A stretch of 64,000 nt of DNA from Octopus sinensis. Its lineage: Eukaryota. The notes beneath the pieces were generated by a model. It worked only from the letters and a program-made list of their open reading frames with translations. It was not told the DNA's origin and did not search any database. Shown here piece by piece: positions 40,695-53,424 of the stretch; within the stretch, counting starts at the first letter, position 1, and every line of letters begins with the position of its first letter. The stretch lies in assembly GCF_006345805.1 (NCBI RefSeq), contig NC_042997.1, positions 56,482,001 to 56,546,000 of the forward strand, written 5' to 3'. The translations under genes and the position numbers were made by a program.

Positions 40695-41100
40695 GTTAAC
40701 TTCCGTAAAAATTTTTTATATATTTACTTTTGTTTTAAAGTGAAAGAGAGGAGAAAATGAATTATGTATGAATGAGTATATGAAATGGCTGTGTGTGTGT
40801 GAAAGAGAGAGAGAGAGAGCCACTTACACATACATGAGAACACACACGTTCACTCACTCACACACACTCTCTCTCACACACACACACACATGTATATACA
40901 AAAAGGGTGTACATATATGTTTTGATGTATGTGCGTATACATGACAACACACTCCTTCACTCACACTCTCTTTTCTCTCTCTTCCTCTCTCTCCTTCTCT
41001 TTCACACACACACAAGTCCATTTCATATACATGTACATACATCTTTCACTTTCACTTTAAAACAAAAGTAAAATAAAAGATTTTTACAGAAATTAACACC
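40695..41100. repeat. Foldback element with long imperfect TIRs around compound microsatellites
   Basis: tttacttttgttttaaagtgaaag / ctttcactttaaaacaaaagtaaa, plus inner tatatgaaatgg-gtgtgtgtgaaagagag arms. Confidence 0.65.
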
Positions 41101-41639
41101 TTAAAAATAATTTTTAAAAAACATTAAAATATTGTCTGTTTGAAGAAAGTTAAAATATAAGTACTTACTGTACAAACAACTTATATTTTTGAAATCACAT
41201 GCAGTTAAAAATATTTCTAAATGATTAAAATATTGTGTACCTCAAAACGTCGATGTTTTTATTTTCCTTCGAGTGCACGAAGACTATGTGTGTGTATATG
41301 TTACAGATAGTGGATGTGTGCTTGTGTTGATTGACATGCCATGACAGTCATTATATGTGTGTATTCTGTATGTGTGTAAGTATGTTGACCTCCAAGTAAC
41401 ACAAAAATTGTGTTTACTTGTTTTCATTAATAAATAGAGGTCCAAATGTCTCAAAAATTTACACTGCACTGCCAAAGGTAAGTATGAAAATAAATATGCA
41501 AAAAAAAAAAAAAAAGGAAGACAAAATATACTATTTCTGAGATATTTTGGGTACACACAAACATCCCTAGAGTTTTAGTATTATTAAGATTTGATGCTTT
41601 GAATTCAATCCTAGATAAGTATAAAAACAAAAACATTGC

Positions 41640-42022
41640 TGTTGTTGGCACTCCGTAGGTTATGACAACGAGGGCTCCAGTTGATCTGATCAACGGAACA
41701 GCCTGCTCATGAAATTAACATGCAAGTGGCTGAGCACTCAACAGACACGTGTACCCTTAACGTAGTTCTTGGGGGAGATTCAGCATGACACAGAGTGTGA
41801 CAAGGTTGGCACTTTGAAATACAGGTACAAAAGAAACAGGGAGATAGAGTGAGAGAAAGTTGTGAAGGAGTACAGCAAGGTTCACCACCACCTCCTGCGG
41901 GAGCCTCATGGAGCTTTAGGTGTTTTCGCTCAATAAACACTCACAATGCCTGGTCTGGGAATCAAAACCGCGATCCTACAACAGCGAGTCCGCTGCCCTA
42001 GCCACTGGACCATTGCACCTCC
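41640..42022 (-). mobile_element. tRNA-derived SINE, second family (longer copy)
   Basis: Reverse complement starts ggaggtgcaatggtccagtggctagggcagcggactcgc, the same head as 18900. Confidence 0.8.
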
Positions 42023-44494
42023 ACAAAAAAAAAACATTAGGATTCAATATTATACTGGTTTTTGGATTAATGTATTTGTGCAAATTTATTTGAATAAATT
42101 TTATCAAAATATTACACAAAGTTATCTGACCAAAGCCTTCAATCTTGAATTAAAATGAAAGCCATGACTTATGAACAAGACAAAAACAGAAATTCAGATA
42201 ATATTTCAAACAAAAAACCACATTTAGTAAGAAAACAATAAGCTAAATTCATACTTTCTTCTATATACATTTTTTTGTTAATAACAAATCGTGCAACTCC
42301 AATATTATTATTTTTCTTTTGTTAGTTAAAATGGTTCTCTAGATTGAAAAGATCCTGAACCCTTCCCTAAAGTGGTATGTCATTACTTTCTGCAGGTCCA
42401 AGAGAATTTGAACTCAGCACAGCAAACCAGTTTTCTAGTACTAGAGTACTATTATAATGGTGGTTACACTATTTTAGACTAGATTAACTCAGCTATCCAA
42501 CATCTTAAATATCAGACACAATGCAGCTGTGACAAGGTGCAAATTACTAATCTCTTTGCTAACAGTCCAGTCATGTATGTACTCTGTCTTCAGTATTTTT
42601 TTTTTGGTGGGGGAGTTAAGTAGAGTGAATGCTATTAGATATCTTGACCAGGTGCAGCTTAGAACGTAACTTCCCAAAGTGAGCAATGTCGCCCACTGGT
42701 GGGTGATTTCAACTTACAGATGGGCGATGGATGAATTACCAGAAAATGGTGGGCAATTTGAGATTTTGGTGGGTGATATGAACATTTTGTGGGTGACAGT
42801 GAACTTTTAGAAATTAAGTCTGCATTTACTTGTATCTAAGCATGCCTAGAATAAGGATGCACTTTTATCAATTTGACTACTCCCATGAGACGTCCCTTTG
42901 TATTAAAAAAGCGGACTTGTTTATCGATCAAATGTTTTTGTTGCGGTCATTAACATAGTTGTCATGTGTGCTAAAAATAGCAGCCAAATAGGCCTAGGCC
43001 TTAAATCACACTCCACTCAAATTTTTTTTTTTTTTTGCATAATCGTATGAAGTTCCGCATATAGAATTTAAAACTCTGAAAAATAAAAAAAGTTATGAGG
43101 GGTTATATTTCATGTAAGTCTGTGGTTTCATATCAAAGTACAAGTGCTATTTTCAGGATGTTGACATAATGTGCAGTCACGCACAAAATGATAGCTTTGA
43201 AATTGTGTTTCTTGACTGGGTGATCAAACTTTAAACCTCTATAACTTTTTTAAAACATTTTTCTGGAAAAAGTTGAATAGCTCCAGCAATTTAGCTAGAA
43301 AAGGTATATTAATGTGCCAAATTCTAAAATTTTCAATAAACTCGAACTTTTGAAATGCTGGCAGCCAAACAAACTAGAACCATATTTGCTCCTGTAAAGA
43401 CGTGTCATCTGACTCTGCTCTGTTGACTTCTTCTTCTCTTTGGGAATACCATACTGCCTTTCTGACGCTGTCTGTAGAAATTTGTTTTCACATTTTCACT
43501 TTACTGATGCCTGCAGTCAAGAAAATTTGTCGACAGTAGAGTAGTGATTATTTATTCCCTCTCCTCAGAACTGTCAGTAATCAATGTGTCTTCTTTGCCA
43601 TCAAACATTGACCAATGAAGCAATGAAACCTTCATGCATGCTTAGAACCATTGCAGCAATACAAACTTAGTTTCATTTAATCACTTCATGTCCTTATTTG
43701 GTTAATATAACAATGAATATCGAAAGATTTCCTAGTTTAAGGCATGTCGATACTGCTTCAGCTTATCAAATAATTTTAAGAACAAATTATCAAGCAAAAA
43801 TAGAAAGCATTTAAAATATATCTAATAAAAATATGATAAAATCTTTTGTAATTTAATATGGAGTAATAAAAATACTTTCTACCGGTTTCAAAGTTAGTTG
43901 TTGATGGCAGTAATTTCTGTGCTTAGTGCAAATGTTTTATAATAATAAATGTGACATTCTGTCTGTGTGTCTGTCCAGGACTCCTATATCTCAGTCTACA
44001 GTTGCTCAACGCAGATATATTATATATATTGTACCATCTGAAATCAGGATGATCCCAGAATTGAAAATCTGCCCTTCATTTGGTTCTTGAACATCCAGCA
44101 TTGGGATCAGGCCTGGATGAGGATTTGTTATATGCTAACAGTTGAAAATTCAAATTTTAAGAGAACTCCAAACATTTGTCAACTTACAAGTTAAAGTAAT
44201 ACCATAAATGCTTCATTATTATTGCTCTCTTTAGTTTTGGGCAACAGGCCCAATTAGCTCTCTGCAGGAGCAAGCTTAAAGGTCCACATGGAGTGTGGCT
44301 TATAAGCTAGTTTATAATAAGGAAGCGGTTATTCTTAGCTGCAAACATTATAAGAGCAAGTGGACTGAGAAATTAAGAAAGTAGAATCCCAGGAAATTCA
44401 TGCCAGCCATCTTTTTATGACAAAGACTCCTACCTAAAATGTTAGGGTTCTCTTCTTCCTCATAGCAAACTAATTTATTCCATTTTGGAGAACA

Positions 44495-44780
44495 TCATCA
44501 TCATCATCATCATCATTGTCTAACGTCCGCTTTCCATGCTAGCATGGGTTGGATGATTTTGACTGAGGGCTGGCAAACCAGATGGCTACACCAGGCTCCA
44601 ATCATGATCTGGCAGAGTTTCTACAGTTGGATGCCCTTCCTAATGCCAACCACTCTGAGAGTGTAGTGGGTGCTTTTTACATGCCACCGGCATGGGAGCC
44701 AGTCAGGTGGTAATGGCAATGACCTTGCTCGAATCTTTTTACACATGCCACTGGCACAGGTGCCAGTAAGGCAACACTGG
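44495..44780 (-). mobile_element. RTE 3'UTR-only copy
   Basis: Same UTR consensus and tail. Confidence 0.85.
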
Positions 44781-45465
44781 TGGAGAAAAATAAAACATTG
44801 CCAGAAAAAAGATTATCCATATCTAATGAACTATATAAAGTAACAGAAAAAGGATATAACATAGCAACCATTAATGTCATCATTATCATCATCAGTATCA
44901 TCAGCAAAGTACCTGTTTTGTTGAAAACAGAACACTAAGTACTTTTATAATTCACAAAACCAAACTGGCGACAAATAAAAAACACACCCATTACAGCAGT
45001 TTTAAAAGAACTGGGTTTATTCTTTATTTGAATTGGAAAGAAGATATGTCATGCTGATTGATATATGAGCAATTTTCTGAATATGTTGAGTCACATAACA
45101 GCCTTAATAGCTTGTAAAGTAGACTATTGTAGTATTAACAGACATAGACACCCGGCCTTGCTAAGGACTAAAATGGCATAGTTTTTTTATTCTTTTACTT
45201 GTTTCAATCATGTGACTGTGACCATGCTGGAGCACCAACTTTTCATCGAACAAATCGACCAGAGGATTTATTCTTTGTAAATCTAGTACACACACACATG
45301 CACACACAGAGAGAAATATACGCATATATACAACAGTCTTCTTTCAGTTTCTGTATACAAATTTCAATCACAAGGTGCTGGTCAGCCTGAGGCTATGATA
45401 TAGATACATACATATATACACATATCTATCTATCTATCTATATATATATATATATATATATCTCA

Positions 45466-45520
<55 letters not shown>

Positions 45521-45521
<1 letters not shown>

Positions 45522-45840
45522 CCTGGCCCCCGAGCCAGTGGCACGTAAAAAGCACCAGCCGATCGTGTCCATTGCCAGCCTCACCTGGCCCCCGTGCCGG
45601 TGGCACGGAAAAAGCACGATCCGACCTTGGCCGTTTGCCAGCCCTGTCTGGCAACTGTGACGGTGGCACGTAAAAGGCACCCACTACACTCAAGTAGTGG
45701 TTGGCATTAGGAAGGGCATCCAGCCATAGAAACATTGCCAGATCAGACTGGGCCTGGTGCAGCCTTCTGGCTTCCCAGACCCCAGTTGAACCATCCAACC
45801 CATGCTAACATGGAAAGCGGACGCTAAATGATGATGATGA
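45521..45840 (+). mobile_element. RTE 3'UTR-only copy
   Basis: Ends gcatggaaagcggacgctaaatgatgatgatg. Confidence 0.85.
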
Positions 45841-45870
45841 TATATCTATATATACACATATCTATCTATC

Positions 45871-45959
<89 letters not shown>

Positions 45960-45984
45960 CTATACATATATCCATATATATATA

Positions 45985-46880
45985 TCATCATCATCATCAT
46001 CGTTTAGCATCCGCTTTCCATGCTAGCATGGGTTGGACAGTTTAACTGGCATCTGGGAAGTCAGAAGGCTGCATCAGGCCCAGTCTGATCTGGCAATGTT
46101 TCTACAGCTGGATGCCCTTCCTAACGCCAACCACTCCGAGAGTGTAGTGGGTGCTTTTTATGTGCCACCAGCACAAGTGCCAGGCGAGGCTGGCAATGGC
46201 CACGATCGGATGGTGAATTTTACGTGCCACCGGCACGGAGGCTAGTTGGGGCGGCGCTGGCAATGGCCACGTTCGGATGATTCTCTTACGTGCTACCGGC
46301 ACTGGTATCACAGCTACAATTTCCATTGATGTTGCTCGATTTCGATTTCGATTTTCACTTGCCTCAACAGGTCTTCGCAAGTAGAGTTTTGTGTCCCAAG
46401 AAGGAAAGGTATGTGTAAGTGGACTGGCTACATCCCAAGTAGAGGCCATGGGTTATGGTCTCACTTGTCCTGCTGGGTCTTCTCCCACACAGCATAGTTC
46501 CAAAGGTCTCGGTCTCTAGTCATTTTCTCGGTGGGATCTAAAGTTTGAAGGTCGTGCTTCACCACCTCGTCCCAGGTTTTCCTGGGTTTACCTCTTCCAC
46601 AGGTTCCCTCAACCGCTAGGGTGTGGCACTTTTTCACACAACTATCTTCATCCATTCTCGCCACATGACCATACCAGTGCAAACGTCTCTCTTGCACACC
46701 ACAACTGATGCTTCTTAGGTCCAGCTTTTCTCTCAAGGTACTTACACTCTGTCGAGTATGAACACTGACATTACACATCCATCGGAGCATACTGGCTTCA
46801 TTTCTTGCGAGCTTACGCATATCCTCAGCAGTCACGGCCCATGTTTCACTGCCATGTAGCATGGCTGTTCGTACACATGT
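45985..46880 (-). mobile_element. RTE-clade LINE 3' fragment (ORF C-terminus, 3'UTR and (ATG)n tail)
   Basis: ORF 46461-46862 MLHGSETWAVT...RRLHWYGHVARM...GRGKPRKTW is a typical RTE C-terminus. The UTR ends in atgatgatg. Confidence 0.92.
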
Positions 46881-47613
46881 AGCATGGCTGATATTTTGTT
46901 TTTTATGGTCAGTCCTCTAAATTTTGTTTGTAAAAAAATTTTTAATCTTCAGATTTTTTAAAATATGCTAGGCCACTGGTTTTAATTGATTAATATCAAT
47001 TTCTACTCTTATTCAATTTAAAATTTAAAAAATGTTCTCTAGCCGGTAAATTGACTGCTGTAGTTTATTACCTGCAGAGTAATTTCCGATCTCAGCGAGC
47101 GAAAGTGAAGGTATTTGAAAGATACACATAAATATAATTTGTAGAACTTTATACATGCTGGATGTCAGTTGAGCATTCTGTATCTAGTTCTGGAAATTGT
47201 GTTTTATAAACGACAGACTATGCTGATGATCTTGCAGATGTTTGCGTATCCATATACGTAAATATAAACAAGTGAAACTAATTAGTACATAGGTAATCGT
47301 TTTTTTTATTTCGTATATTTTCATTTGTCTTGCTTATTTTTACACTTCGGTTTTTTGCTGAGTTTTTTCTTGAGAACACATTCTTCGTGGAAATTGGCGA
47401 TTTTGACATCTATATCTAGCATATAAGCTGTCCATTTTTTTAATGGTCAGCCCTCTAAATTTTGTATATATATATACATACATACACATATATATATATA
47501 CATATATATATATATGCATACACATATATACATACATACATATATGCATACACATATATACATACATACATATATGCATACACATATATACATACATATA
47601 TGCATACACATAT

Positions 47614-47648
<35 letters not shown>

Positions 47649-47684
47649 GATGAAAAAGTTGGTTTGTGAAAGCACGTGGTTGAA

Positions 47685-47901
47685 TATATAGAAAATAGTA
47701 AAACGTGAAAAAACTACAGAAGGCTTGTTTTAAAAGGTTAAAAAATATATATTTGAGTCAATATGTCTGAAGAATATTATAAATGTCATTGTAAGAAAAA
47801 AATTTATAATATTCTTCAGACATATTGACTCAAATATATATTTTTTAACCTTTTAAAACAAGCCTTCTGTAGTTTTTTCACTTTTTACTATTTTCTATAT
47901 A
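47685..47901. repeat. ~100-bp-arm near-perfect palindrome, 17-nt loop
   Basis: Arms 47685-47784 and 47802-47901 differ at one position. Confidence 0.95.
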
Positions 47902-47904
47902 TAT

Positions 47905-48461
47905 AAAACAAATCAAAATAGATGAACATCAATGGAATTTGTATCTTTGTGGTACCAGTGCCGGTGGCACACAAGAAAACCATCCGAACGTGGCCGTAGC
48001 CAGTACCGCATCGACTGGCCTCCGTGCTGTGGGCACGTAACAAACACCATCCGATCGTGGCTGTTCGCCAGCCTCATCTGGCACCTGTGTCGGTGGCACA
48101 TAAAAACACCATCCGATCGTGGCCATTCGCCAGCCTCATCTGGCACCTGTGTCGGTGGCACATAAAAACACCATCCGAGCGTGGCCGTCTGCCAGCCTTG
48201 TCTGGCACCTGTGTTGGTGGCACATAAAAACACCATCCGAGCGTGGCCGTTCGCCAGCCTCGTCTGGCACCTGTGTCGGTGGCACATAAAATCACCCACT
48301 ACACTCTCGGAGTGGTTGGCGTTAGGAAGGGCATCCAGCTGTAGAAACACTGCCAGATCTGACTGGCCTGGTGCAGCCTTCGGGCTCCCCAGACCCCAGT
48401 TGAACCGTCCAACCCATGCTAGCATGGAAAGCGGACGTTAAATGATGATGATGATGATGAT
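47905..48461 (+). mobile_element. RTE 3'UTR copy with an expanded internal 62-bp tandem unit
   Basis: Near-identical to 20071-20550 in reverse complement; four 62-bp units at about 48048-48292. Confidence 0.88.
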
Positions 48462-48794
48462 ATATATATATATATATATACATACCTATATATATATATA
48501 TACAAATATATAAATATATAGATATATATATATATACATTCATATATATATATATATATATATACATTAATATATATATATATTATATATATATATATAT
48601 AATATATATATATATATATACATACCTATATATATATATATACAATATATAAATATATAGATATATATATATATACATTCATATATATATATATATATAT
48701 ATAGATATATATATATATACAAATATATAAATATATATATACATACCTATATATATATATATACAAATATATAATATATAGATATATATATACA

Positions 48795-48851
<57 letters not shown>

Positions 48852-49222
48852 ATATAAATATATATATTATATATATATATATATAATATATATATATATA
48901 TATACGAAACACACTTTGAGTCGAACCAGCGACAGCTGATGAAGGCGAATTTTCCTTGTATTGTTTGTCCTGTACTCTGTTTTTTCGTTGTTTAAAAAAA
49001 GTCTGTTTCCTTGTTTGATTTTATGTTCTCGTCTCTCGTTGTGTTCTACGTTTATTTGTGGTGTCCTGTACTCATATATATATATATGTATGCATGTATA
49101 TATACATGTAAGTATGTACATGTATGTATGTTTATATGCATATATTTTATTTATTAATTATATTACTATATGACCAAACACACGCATTACTTCTCTATTT
49201 CTCTTCTCCAAGTTTATATATA

Positions 49223-49261
<39 letters not shown>

Positions 49262-49370
49262 TATATAATATATACAAAGATATAAATATATATATACACA
49301 TATATATATATATATACAAAGATATAAATATATACATATATATATAAATATATACATATATATATATATA

Positions 49371-49625
49371 TCATCATCATCATCGTTTAATGTCCGTTTT
49401 CCATGCTAACATGGTTCAGCCGGGGTCTGGGAAGTCAGGAGGCTGCACCAGGCTCGAGTCTGATCTGGCAGTATTTCTACAGCTGGATGCCCTTCCTAAC
49501 ACCAACCACTCTGTGAGTGTAGTGGGTGCTTTTTATGCGCCACTGACACAGGGGCCAGAGGAGGCTGGCAACGACTACGATCAGTTTGTGCTTTTTACAT
49601 GCCACCAGCCCGGATGCTAGTCAAG
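49371..49625 (-). mobile_element. RTE 3'UTR-only copy
   Basis: Same UTR consensus and tail. Confidence 0.82.
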
Positions 49626-50305
49626 ATATATATATATATATACAAATTGAGATAGGGGTTGTAAGTGCAACCCACCATGGGATAACATAGTACTTATTGT
49701 ATCATATTACTCTTTCATGTACATTGTTTTGTTCTATATTATTATGTTTGACCTTAATGTTCATATGTAGTGGTTTAATAAATTATGTGATTGGGTATTA
49801 TCTGGTAGTTGATCATTGATTAAGATGTGTTTCTCCATTTTCTTATTTTGTATATGTATATATATATATATATATATAATATATATATATATATTATATA
49901 TAGAAAGATGAATAATCTTGTTGCAGATTAATCAAAAGTTTAACCGATACCTTGGTAGCAAAAATCACGGTTGGAGGTACAACCATATGGTGTTGCAACC
50001 GTGCGTTGGTGCGGATAATTGAATTTTAATATTATTAGTGAATTGAAGAAATGGAGTTGAACGAAGATTGAACAGAAATCCTTTTATTGTTTATATGCAT
50101 ATATTTTATTTATTAATTATGTTACTATATGACCGAACGCACGCGTTATTTCTCTATTTCTCTTCTCCAAGTTTATATATATATATATATATATACAAAG
50201 ATATAAATATATACATATATATATATATCATCATCATCATCGTTTAATGTCCGTTTTCCATGCTATCCTGTTCTGTTTTTGTTCTGCCAACGGAATTCCT
50301 ATTTC

Positions 50306-50385
50306 TTCCTGAAGAGAAAGACACAATATGGTCTCCTTATTCAATCGGAATTTGGTAAATTGTGGCTTTCGAAACACGTGTAGAA
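50306..50385 (+). ncRNA. Type I hammerhead ribozyme motif (Penelope-type pLTR)
   Basis: UUC-CUGAAGA-GAAAG..CACAAU / AUUGUG..CUUUC-GAA-ACACGUGU (palindromic stem III)-A^-GAA; GUA cleavage triplet at 50380-50382. Confidence 0.75.
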
Positions 50386-50689
50386 TGCAATAAAAGGATT
50401 TCTGTTCAATCTTCGTTCAACTCCATTTCTTCAATTCACTAATAATATTATATTTATATATATATATTTATATACATATATAATTTCACCTTTTTATTAT
50501 TATTGAAATATAGTTTACTCCCTGATCAAAAACTGCAGTTTCTCTGGGATTACTCGTAACATACGTGGATAAATACATGTTCACATTCGGCTGTATATTT
50601 TTGGAAGTGTTGGTTGAATATTGGTTATTCAATGGTGTTTGATCGCATACATATTTAATCCTAACACTCTCAAATTTATATTTCGAAAT

Positions 50690-50757
50690 GCTGCACTGAA
50701 GATGAGAAATAAGTAAGTAAATATAACTTTACTTTAATCTCGAAATGCATATGTAGC
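50690..50757 (+). ncRNA. Type I hammerhead ribozyme motif (second, unrelated family)
   Basis: GCUGCA-CUGAAGA-U-GAGA...UCUC-GAA-AUGCAU (palindrome)-A^-UGUAGC; 6-bp stem I. Confidence 0.72.
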
Positions 50758-50916
50758 TAATCTGAGGTGTGTAGATTCATTATTTTTTTCTTCTTGCCTC
50801 CGTAAAAAAGTGTGTTACTGTCTGGGAGATCTTTATGGTAGCAGAAAAGGCATTTTAACCCCTATTTCTAAATTCGGTGCATGGCGAAGCAATTATGTTT
50901 ATAATTATAGAATATT

Positions 50917-50954
<38 letters not shown>

Positions 50955-51699
50955 AATACATACATACATACATACATATATATACAAACATGTATATAAA
51001 TACATAGTGAAACTAATAGAAATGAAACTAATATACATATATATACATAGTGAAAGTAATTGAAATTGAAACCATATAATAGTGAAACTATTATATAACT
51101 TTACAATAGAGATGTTACTGTTTCACTTTTGACATGTGTACGTATATGTTTTGATGTGTAAGAGATAAGAGATTCCATCAGGATCGCATTAGGCAAGAAG
51201 TTGAAAATTTTTTGGTTCCATATCACTGCATGGACTCTAATTAAGGCTTGTGTAAAATTTGAATGAAATCTGATGGGTAGTTCTCAAGGTTTAGTGATGC
51301 ATGCATACATACAGACAGACATACATTCTCAGTTTTATATATACAGATTACTGAACCATAATTACTGGTATCGTATTTCTTGGAATTTTATTCTTCTGTT
51401 AGCATTCTGTGTTCATCTTGGCATTGTCTGAAAGTTGAAATGTGACAACCAAACACAGACAATAAAGAAAATGTGTCTTCTCACTCATTATTAATAACAC
51501 TATTCAATGTTTAATCCCAGGTCAGCTTTAAATGATGAAATCTATGCTCAATTGTGACATCATGCCTATTTTTAATTTTAGAAGGCTGCATTTCCAATGT
51601 GTCTTTTTCATTTTAACTCTTTGCAAATGGGAAGTAGTACTGACTGCACCGAAACACTGCACGTGTGAGCAGTGCAATGTCTCACTCTGTGTGGCACTC

Positions 51700-51905
51700 A
51701 TCATCATCATCATCATCATTTAACATCCGCTTTCCACGCTAGCATAGGTTGAATGGTTTCACTGAGGACTGGCAAGCCAGGAGGCTGCACCAGGCTCCAA
51801 TCTGATCTGACAAGGTTTCTACAGCCGGATGCCCTTCCTAACATTGACCACTCCAAGGGTGTAGTGGGTGCATTTTACATGGCACCAGCATGGGAGCCAA
51901 TCAGA
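51700..51905 (-). mobile_element. RTE 3'UTR-only copy
   Basis: Same UTR consensus and tail. Confidence 0.8.
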
Positions 51906-52930
51906 TGGCACTATTTTCAAATATACCACACTGAGAAGAATCCATAAATACACTGTAAAATTCCTTGTCTGAAAAATTATGTAGTTACTGAATGGCTTAA
52001 TACTGGTACACAGCACAGACTGTCAGTACTAAATCCATCTGCAAGGGGTTAAGATTGTAAAATATGAGTGCAGAGTGATTTGGCTGGTCAAGCTATCACA
52101 TAAAAGACTTGATCATTCCCTTGCTATTCAAAGGTTGTGTCAATTTTGTGATTAGTTATTGACCTACTAATGTAGTATCTGTTAAAAACATCATTTCTGT
52201 TCATTTTCAGAACTTCTTAACCTTTCTGCTTTAAGCTGTACACCATTTTCATCTCTGCTTGCCTAACTTCCTGTCTCACATTACTAATCAACAGCTGCCT
52301 GTTTCATTTTCACTCTCTCTCTCTTTGCCCCTTTTATTTTGTCAAATTTCCCCCTGTCTATCTGCTTATCCACTTCTCTTATATTTTCTCCCTTAACACT
52401 GCTACTGCTTTCTTCAGCAACATTATTTTATCATGTTATCTCTCTAATTCGCCCTCTCTGTTACTTTCTGCTCTTACCTGTATCCTTTTCTCAGTTACTC
52501 TTTCTCCTGTCCCTCCCTATACTTCATTGTCTGCTTATGTCTCTGTCTTGCTTGATGATCTCTCCTTCTCTCTCTCTCTTGCACCTATCTATTTATCTAT
52601 GTGCTCCAACTCCCTTTATAATACTTTCTTTCTCTCTTTCACCCTTAGCAACACAAATTTTTTCTTCTACATTCCTATAATATGACAGAAGAGTGAACCG
52701 GTAAATAAAAAAAATTGACACATTACTTAACCTATTAACCTAGTGATCCATATTCTTTAGTCTACTGCCCTTTTTACACTAGTGTTATCTTTACAGCTTT
52801 ATGCAGAAGCATGAATCAATTCCCACTATATAAGAAATTTTAGATGTAACCCCAATAGATTCCCTCCTTCATAATCCTATAACTCCTGAGTAATTGACGC
52901 CTCCTGGTGTCAATTTTGGGAATTATTAAC

Positions 52931-53155
52931 TAAACTCTTTAGCATTCAGACTACTCTGTCAAATGCAATCTTATTTATTCACATAGTTTTGAATTAGTCA
53001 TGTATTATTTCATAGCTTTAAGAGTTCAATGTGATTTTTTAGTTTTAGAGTGACATTGTAGAAGAGGTGTGAGAAGCCAAATCTAACTGGTTTGGACACA
53101 AAACAGGTATTTTAGTTTGGCAAGATATGGGTGGTTTAAATGCTACAGGGTTAAG
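52931..53155. mobile_element. piggyBac-type MITE copy
   Basis: ctctttagcatt ... aatgctacagggttaa. Confidence 0.7.
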
Positions 53156-53424
53156 CAAGCTCTGCATGATTGCCAGTAAATATAATTTGTCTTCTGTTTC
53201 CAATTGTCTCCATTAAACTATTGAAATTCAGAATCTATATATCTGTGTGAGTGTACCGAGAATTTTGCTAAAACAGTCCATAGTGGTGGTGGTGCAAAAG
53301 TGTTTGGACAAATGAGCTCTTAAATAGAAGCCCTTTTGCTTAAAATAACTTCCAGTATATTTCTGGACTTTGAAACATTCAAAATTGAATGATGTTGTTG
53401 ATCCTTTTAACAACAAGGTGAAAT

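Noticed and set aside
48048-48292. 62-bp repeats (and the 76-bp repeats at 63.1-63.3 kb) as a CRISPR array
   Set aside because: The units are wholly repeated with no unique spacers, there are no cas genes, and the context is eukaryotic.
47913-48425. 170-aa and 123-aa Cys/Trp-rich ORFs (also 20109-20480)
   Set aside because: Chance open frames through the tandem RTE 3'UTR units, read antisense to the element.
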